Assembly (NCBI RefSeq): GCF_036250065.1
Contig: NZ_CP109199.1
Coordinates: 7,812,083-7,876,082, forward strand
Length of the DNA stretch: 64,000 nucleotides
Origin: Micromonospora sp. NBC_01699
Lineage (GTDB): Bacteria > Actinomycetota > Actinomycetes > Mycobacteriales > Micromonosporaceae
Direction: 5' to 3'
The translations under genes and the position numbers were made by a program. The notes beneath the pieces were generated by a model. It was given only the letters and a program-made list of their open reading frames with translations. It was not told the DNA's origin and did no database searches. Shown piece after piece: positions 59,040 to 64,000 of this stretch. Each line of letters opens with the position of its first letter. The first letter of the stretch is position 1.

Positions 59040-59768
59040 TCAGCCGGCCCGCCCGATCGGTCCACCGTCGGTGCCGGAGGTCGACTGCGGATAGATCCGC
59101 ACCTCGGACCGTTGCAGCAGCTCGCCCGTTGACGCCTCCCAGGTCGGGCTGTCGCCGTACGACTCGAAGGAGAGCCGGGCGCCGGTCGGGTCCAGGTAGT
59201 CGTGGTAGCGGACGGTGCCGCTGGGGTTGAGCCCGGTGGTTCCGGTGGCGGTGTAACGGGCCTGCCCGGCCTCGTCACTGGTGTAGCTCCGGCCGGCGAA
59301 GTCGAGTCGCGCCGGACCGGGCTGCGGTACGCCGTCCGGGCCCGGCACCCCGGTCCAGAACACCAGCTCCAGGTCGGGGTCCTCCTCGACCGAGAGCCAG
59401 ATTTTCGCGCCCTGCGCGTCGTCCAGCAGGTGCTCGGCCCAGCCCCAGTCGCCCTCGGCGAACCGCAGGGTGCCGCGTACGCCGTACTGGGTGTTCCGGA
59501 TCTCCACGATGTCACCGGGGCGCAGCCTGCGTGGATCGCCCCGGACGGCGTCGGCGTCGTCGTCCACCACCCGGAACGGGTCCCGCTCCTTGGTCTGCCC
59601 GGACTTCCGGGCCTGTCGCCGCTTCGCCCGCAGGGCCAGTACGGCTACCACCACGCCCGCCACCGCGACGAGGCACCCGAGCGTTGCCACCAGGTACGCA
59701 GTCCCGCCATCCACCGGGTTCACCCCTCTCGACCTTGTTCGGGCGCCGACGGTAACAACCCCGCGCAC
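59040..59768 (-). CDS. Conserved hypothetical membrane protein of the speE-associated cluster
   Basis: The TM helix LVATLGCLVAVAGVVVAVLAL is followed by a soluble domain. The start is uncertain. Confidence 0.45.
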   Translation of the reverse strand: MRGVVTVGARTRSRGVNPVDGGTAYLVATLGCLVAVAGVVVAVLALRAKRRQARKSGQTKERDPFRVVDDDADAVRGDPRRLRPGDIVEIRNTQYGVRGTLRFAEGDWGWAEHLLDDAQGAKIWLSVEEDPDLELVFWTGVPGPDGVPQPGPARLDFAGRSYTSDEAGQARYTATGTTGLNPSGTVRYHDYLDPTGARLSFESYGDSPTWEASTGELLQRSEVRIYPQSTSGTDGGPIGRAG

Positions 59769-60688
59769 CCTTCCGGAACACCCGCTGCCGCCTCCGGCGC
59801 GGCCGGCCCCTCCGTCGTGATCGGACAGTCACCCACCTTCAAATCCGCCGGGGGCTGCTGGAATGGCTGTCCGAACGACCCGAACACCGGCACCGGCACC
59901 GGCACCGGCACCGGATACGCGTATCCGGTGCCATAGCCGGGCCAGGAGGGCGGGGGTTGGTGCTGCGGTCGGAAGAACCGGTTCGCCGGCGGCGTCAGCA
60001 ACAGCACCGTCGCCGCCACCGTCAGCCCGAACGCCAGCAGCACCAGCAGCGGCGTGACGACCGAGAGGGCGTCGAAGACCGGGTCGGTGTCGCTGTAGAG
60101 CACCTCGTAGAACTCGGACTCCTCGTAGCCGGAAAAGTCCGGGTCGGCCGGGTAGTCGGGGTAGTCGGGGTCCGACTCGGGCCACGGTCCGCTCGCCGTC
60201 GGCTCGTCCAGCACCGGGCTGGCCAGCAGGAACAGCGCCAAGATCGAACCGAACATGGCCGGTACGCAACACATCAGCAGCGTCAGGCCGGCCGGGATCA
60301 TGGTGAGGATCCGGGCCGCGTTCCGTCCCCGCAGCAGCGGTGGGACGCAGACCGCGAGCCAGATCGCGAACAGCAGTGCCGGGCCGCCGGTGAACAGCAG
60401 GCCCATGACGTTGCCGAACCGCTCGCCGTCCACCTCGCCCGACGTGGCGTCGGTCAGCTCGGCGGTCCGGTCGATCACGCCCGCGAAGTGCACCGCCTCC
60501 ACCACGGCGAGCACGATCTCGATCAGCAGTACGGCAACGACGCCGCACACCAACCAGGCCGCCACGGTCACCGCCGCCGGTCGGTTCGGGTACGACCCGT
60601 ACGGCCCCATCGGCGGGGGACCGGGCGACGGGAAGCCCGGCGGTGGGTACTGCCACGCGTAGCTCACCGGCGTGACGGTAGCGATCAA
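59720..60688 (-). CDS. Pro-rich-tailed multi-TM membrane protein, paralogue C. Its C-terminal tail contains (PV)n encoded by the hexamer repeat (GGCACC)n.
   Basis: LLRGRNAARILTMIPAG and PPANRFFRPQHQPPPSWP are conserved with paralogues A and B. Confidence 0.5.
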   Translation of the reverse strand: MIATVTPVSYAWQYPPPGFPSPGPPPMGPYGSYPNRPAAVTVAAWLVCGVVAVLLIEIVLAVVEAVHFAGVIDRTAELTDATSGEVDGERFGNVMGLLFTGGPALLFAIWLAVCVPPLLRGRNAARILTMIPAGLTLLMCCVPAMFGSILALFLLASPVLDEPTASGPWPESDPDYPDYPADPDFSGYEESEFYEVLYSDTDPVFDALSVVTPLLVLLAFGLTVAATVLLLTPPANRFFRPQHQPPPSWPGYGTGYAYPVPVPVPVPVFGSFGQPFQQPPADLKVGDCPITTEGPAAPEAAAGVPEGCAGLLPSAPEQGREG

Positions 60689-60737
60689 GGGGTCCCGGCG
60701 ACAGTGGGCGAAGAGCCGTTCGCCGACGCCGTACGGA

Positions 60738-61130
60738 TCAGCCCTGGTCGAGCTGTGCGGTGGCGTACTCGCCGACGGTCGTCTGGTCGATCAGGCAACC
60801 GGTGTAGGTGGTGAACTCGGCCCGCTCGTCGGTCAGCGCCTCCCAGGCGGCACGGGCGGCGGCCGGGTCGAAGCGGGCGAGCAGGGTGGCCGCGTACACC
60901 TTGCCGGCGGGTGAGCCGTGGGTCAGCAGCTCGCAGATGTGCGGGCGTACCTCGTCCAGCCGGCTCGGCAGCGCCACCTCAAGGATGTTGTACGCCTCGG
61001 TGGACGGCATGATCCGGCCGGCGAAACCGACGCCGCCGAACGCCACCGCCTCGGCGGTACGGAGTTCCCGCACCGCCGCCTCGATGCCGTCGCTCGCCTC
61101 GCGGGAACTCGCTGCGGGGGAATCAGCCAT
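60738..61130 (-). CDS. Hypothetical protein
   Basis: Coding-like ORF, 131 aa from MADSPAASS..., with no recognisable motif. Confidence 0.4.
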   Translation of the reverse strand: MADSPAASSREASDGIEAAVRELRTAEAVAFGGVGFAGRIMPSTEAYNILEVALPSRLDEVRPHICELLTHGSPAGKVYAATLLARFDPAAARAAWEALTDERAEFTTYTGCLIDQTTVGEYATAQLDQG

Positions 61131-61159
61131 GGTTCGATTGTGCCCCAATCGAAGCTTTC

Positions 61160-61225
61160 CGAACCCGGATCCCGGTGGAAGCGTGCCGCCCGTACGGCGG
61201 CCGCCCCCACCGGGATCCGGGTTCG
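61160..61225. terminator. Long hairpin downstream of clpB: a 19-bp perfect inverted repeat (CGAACCCGGATCCCGGTGG / CCACCGGGATCCGGGTTCG) with an inner palindrome in the loop. It is followed on the plus strand by 13-bp tandem repeats GATCAGCCGGGTC x3 at 61225-61262.
   Basis: Direct reading. It lies in the 3' UTR of clpB (minus strand). Confidence 0.4.
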
Positions 61226-61252
61226 ATCAGCCGGGTCGATCAGCCGGGTCGA

Positions 61253-63844
61253 TCAGCCGGCGGAGACCGCCAGCGCGTCCTTGCTCTCGGCCAGGTCGAC
61301 CCGGACCACGTCACCGTCGCGGATGTCACCGGCGAGCAGTGCTCGGGCGAGCCGGTCGCCGATGGCCGACTGGACCAGTCGGCGTAGCGGGCGGGCACCG
61401 TAGATCGGGTCGTACCCGTGCTGGGCCAGCCAGTCGCGGGCCGGGTCGGCGACGACCAGCGCGAGCCGCCGGTCGGCCAGCCGCCGGCGCAGCCGATCGA
61501 GCTGAATGTCCACGATGGACCGCAGATCGTCGCCGGTCAGAGCCGCGAAGACCACTATGTCGTCGAGCCGGTTGAGAAACTCCGGCTTGAAATGGGTACG
61601 GACGACCGCGAGCACCGCGTCGCGCCGCTGCTCGTGGGTGAGGGTCGGGTCGGTGATCAGCCCCGAGCCGAGATTGGAGGTGAGGATCAGGATCGCGTTG
61701 CGGAAGTCGACGGTGCGTCCCTGACCATCGGTGAGCCGGCCGTCGTCGAGCACCTGGAGCAGCACGTCGAAGACGTCCGGGTGGGCCTTCTCCACCTCGT
61801 CCAGCAGCACCACCGAGTACGGTCGCCGACGCACCGCCTCGGTGAGCTGGCCGCCCTCCTCGTACCCGACGTAGCCGGGCGGGGCACCGACCAGGCGGGC
61901 CACCGAGTGCTTCTCGGCGTACTCGCTCATGTCGATGCGGACCATGGCCCGCTCGTCGTCGAAGAGGAACTCGGCCAGCGCCTTGCCCAGCTCGGTCTTG
62001 CCGACACCGGTGGGGCCGAGGAAGAGGAAGCTGCCGGTGGGCCGGTCCGGATCGGCGACACCGGCCCGCGCCCGGCGGACCGCGTCGGCGACGGCGCCGA
62101 CCGCCTCGGTCTGCCCGACCACCCGCGAACCGAGGGACTCCTCCATCCGCAGCAGCTTGGCGGTCTCGCCCTCCAGCAGCCGGCCGGCCGGGATACCGGT
62201 CCAGGAGGCGACGACGGCGGCGATGTCGTCGGCGCCGACCTCCTCCTTCAGCATCGCCCCGGCGGCCTGGAGTACGGCGAGCTCCGCCTCGGCCCTGGCC
62301 AGTTCGCCCTGCATGGTGGGGATGCGGCCGTAGCGCAGCTCGGCGGCCAGCTCCAGCTCGCCGTCGCGCTCGGCCCGCTCGGCCTCGCCGCCGAGCCGTT
62401 CCAGCTCCTCCTTGGCGGTGGACAGCCGGGTGATGTGCTCCTTCTCCAGCCGCCACCGGTCGCTGAGCGCGGTGAGCTGCTCGCGCTTGTCGGCCAGTTC
62501 CTTGCGCAGCCGTTCGAGGCGCTCGGCGGAGGCGGCGTCCGGCTCCTTGGCCAGCGCCATCTCCTCGATTTCGAGCCGGCGGACCGCCCGCTCGATCTCG
62601 TCCACCTCGACCGGCCGGGAGTCGATCTCCATCCGTAGCCGGGAGGCGGACTCGTCCACCAGGTCGATCGCCTTGTCCGGCAGGAAACGCTCGGTGATGT
62701 ACCGGTCGGACAGCGACGCGGCGGCGACGAGCGCGGCGTCGGTGATCCGTACGCCGTGGTGGACCTCGTAGCGCTCCTTGAGGCCGCGCAGGATGCCGAT
62801 GGTGTCCTCGACGGTCGGCTCACCGACCAGCACCGGCTGGAACCGGCGCTCCAGCGCCGCGTCCTTCTCGATGTGCTCGCGGTACTCGTCGAGCGTGGTC
62901 GCGCCGACCATCCGCAGCTCACCCCGGGCCAGCATGGGCTTGAGCATGTTGCCGGCGTCCATCGAGCCCTCGCCCTTGCCCGCGCCAACGACGGTGTGCA
63001 GCTCGTCCAGGAAGGTGATCACCTGGCCGTCGGAGCCCTTGATCTCCTCCAGCACCGACTTGAGGCGTTCCTCGAACTGTCCCCGGTACTGCGCGCCGGC
63101 CACCATCGCGCCCAGGTCGAGCGAGACCAGCTTCTTGTTCCGCAGCGACTCCGGTACGTCACCGGCGACGATGCGCTGGGCCAGGCCCTCGACGATCGCG
63201 GTCTTACCGACGCCGGGCTCGCCGATGAGGACCGGGTTGTTCTTGGTACGCCGGGAGAGCACCTGGATCACCCGGCGGATCTCCGAGTCGCGCCCGATCA
63301 CCGGGTCGATCTTGCCTGCGCGGGCGCTGGCGGTCAGGTCGACGCCGTACTTCTCCAGGGCCTGGTAGGTCTGCTCGGGGTCGGCGGTGGTCACCCGACG
63401 GTCGCCACCGCGTACGGTCGGGAACGCCGCGACCAGGTTCTCCTCGGTGGCACCGGCGGTCTTGAGCGTCTGGGCCACCACGCCGCCCACCCGGGCCAGG
63501 CCGGCGAGCAGGTGCTCGGTGGAGGTGTACTCGTCGCCGAGCGGCCGGGCGATCTGCTCGGCCGCGCCGATGGCGTTGGCGAACTCGCGGGAGAGACTGG
63601 GTTCGGCGACGCTGGCGCCGCGCGCGGCGGGCAGGTTCTCCACCGCTCGTGCGGCGGCCCGGCGGATGTCCGCCGGGTTGGCGCCCACGGCGCGCAGCAG
63701 GCCGCCGGCGGTCGAGCCGCCGGTGTCCAGCAACGACAGCAGTAGGTGCCACGGTTCGACGGTGGCGTGGCCGCGCTGGTTGGCGATGGCGACCGCGCCG
63801 GTGATGACTTCGCGGCTCTTGGTGGTCAGGCGTTCGGCGTTCAT
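61253..63844 (-). CDS. clpB: ATP-dependent chaperone ClpB
   Basis: 863 aa with an N-terminal Clp_N domain and two AAA+ modules ([18 protein letters not shown]; [18 protein letters not shown]). Confidence 0.9.
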   Translation of the reverse strand: MNAERLTTKSREVITGAVAIANQRGHATVEPWHLLLSLLDTGGSTAGGLLRAVGANPADIRRAAARAVENLPAARGASVAEPSLSREFANAIGAAEQIARPLGDEYTSTEHLLAGLARVGGVVAQTLKTAGATEENLVAAFPTVRGGDRRVTTADPEQTYQALEKYGVDLTASARAGKIDPVIGRDSEIRRVIQVLSRRTKNNPVLIGEPGVGKTAIVEGLAQRIVAGDVPESLRNKKLVSLDLGAMVAGAQYRGQFEERLKSVLEEIKGSDGQVITFLDELHTVVGAGKGEGSMDAGNMLKPMLARGELRMVGATTLDEYREHIEKDAALERRFQPVLVGEPTVEDTIGILRGLKERYEVHHGVRITDAALVAAASLSDRYITERFLPDKAIDLVDESASRLRMEIDSRPVEVDEIERAVRRLEIEEMALAKEPDAASAERLERLRKELADKREQLTALSDRWRLEKEHITRLSTAKEELERLGGEAERAERDGELELAAELRYGRIPTMQGELARAEAELAVLQAAGAMLKEEVGADDIAAVVASWTGIPAGRLLEGETAKLLRMEESLGSRVVGQTEAVGAVADAVRRARAGVADPDRPTGSFLFLGPTGVGKTELGKALAEFLFDDERAMVRIDMSEYAEKHSVARLVGAPPGYVGYEEGGQLTEAVRRRPYSVVLLDEVEKAHPDVFDVLLQVLDDGRLTDGQGRTVDFRNAILILTSNLGSGLITDPTLTHEQRRDAVLAVVRTHFKPEFLNRLDDIVVFAALTGDDLRSIVDIQLDRLRRRLADRRLALVVADPARDWLAQHGYDPIYGARPLRRLVQSAIGDRLARALLAGDIRDGDVVRVDLAESKDALAVSAG

Positions 63845-63885
63845 GGGCTCCCCTGGATCGGCGTGTCCACTGGTGACGACACAAC

Positions 63886-63912
63886 CAGAGTTGAGTCTAT
63901 TCCGCTCAACTC
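63886..63912. promoter_or_regulatory. HAIR-like (HspR-associated inverted repeat) operator in the clpB promoter region: AGAGTTGAG-N9-CTCAACTCT
   Basis: A perfect 9-bp inverted repeat containing TTGAGT...N7...GCTCAA, close to the HAIR consensus CTTGAGT-N7-ACTCAAG. It lies about 40 bp upstream of the clpB start. Confidence 0.5.
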
Positions 63913-64000
63913 TACGTTGTGACGTCGATCACTCGGGAAACCGGAACATCGCGATCAACTCGGCCGTGATCAGCACACTTTCGCCCCGTGGGCGGTACGT

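Overview
This is a high-GC (about 70-72%) actinobacterial chromosomal segment. Gene order and protein families resemble Micromonosporaceae and mycobacterial core regions: fadA2-fabG4-htdX, a speE membrane cluster, and scattered pur genes. I support about 58 protein-coding genes. They include de novo purine biosynthesis (a purF 5' fragment, purS-purQ-purL, purB, purD, purA), the chaperones htpG and clpB, fbaA, pyrE, a lipid/beta-oxidation cluster, two ECF sigma modules, two LCP cell-wall transferases and many envelope proteins. I found no rRNA or tRNA genes and no CRISPR array. The six-frame track contains many spurious overlapping ORFs, as expected at this GC content. Several of its 'M' starts are actually GTG, as I confirmed by reading the sequence at those positions.

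The best candidate for an undescribed system is a tightly coupled minus-strand operon at 25940-33661. It encodes an NfeD/YqiJ-like membrane protein, a flotillin (SPFH/YqiK-like) and a 1684-aa protein with a C-terminal AAA+ ATPase of the MoxR/McrB/dynein-like (AAA_5) type. The flotillin stop overlaps the ATPase start by 8 nt.

The second main finding is a family of five intergenic palindromic elements of about 60 bp. Each has the termini GTTGATCATGAAGTTAGC...GCTAACTTCATGATCAAC and is flanked by poly-C/poly-G tracts that could form G-quadruplexes. A sixth element has the same architecture but a different sequence. Two copies bracket an AbiEi/DUF559 gene, and one of them supplies that gene's stop codon.

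Other notable features:
- a roughly 750-bp segmental duplication that copies an anti-sigma extracellular domain into a standalone lipoprotein;
- tandem-repeat arrays inside several genes: a membrane protein, the purL 3' end, a ParA/MinD-like protein and fabG4;
- five 30-bp tandem repeats in a divergent promoter;
- a HAIR-like (HspR) operator upstream of clpB;
- an Arg-rich upstream ORF (uORF) coupled to a LOG-family gene and overlapped by a 13-bp inverted repeat;
- three paralogous Pro-rich membrane proteins.
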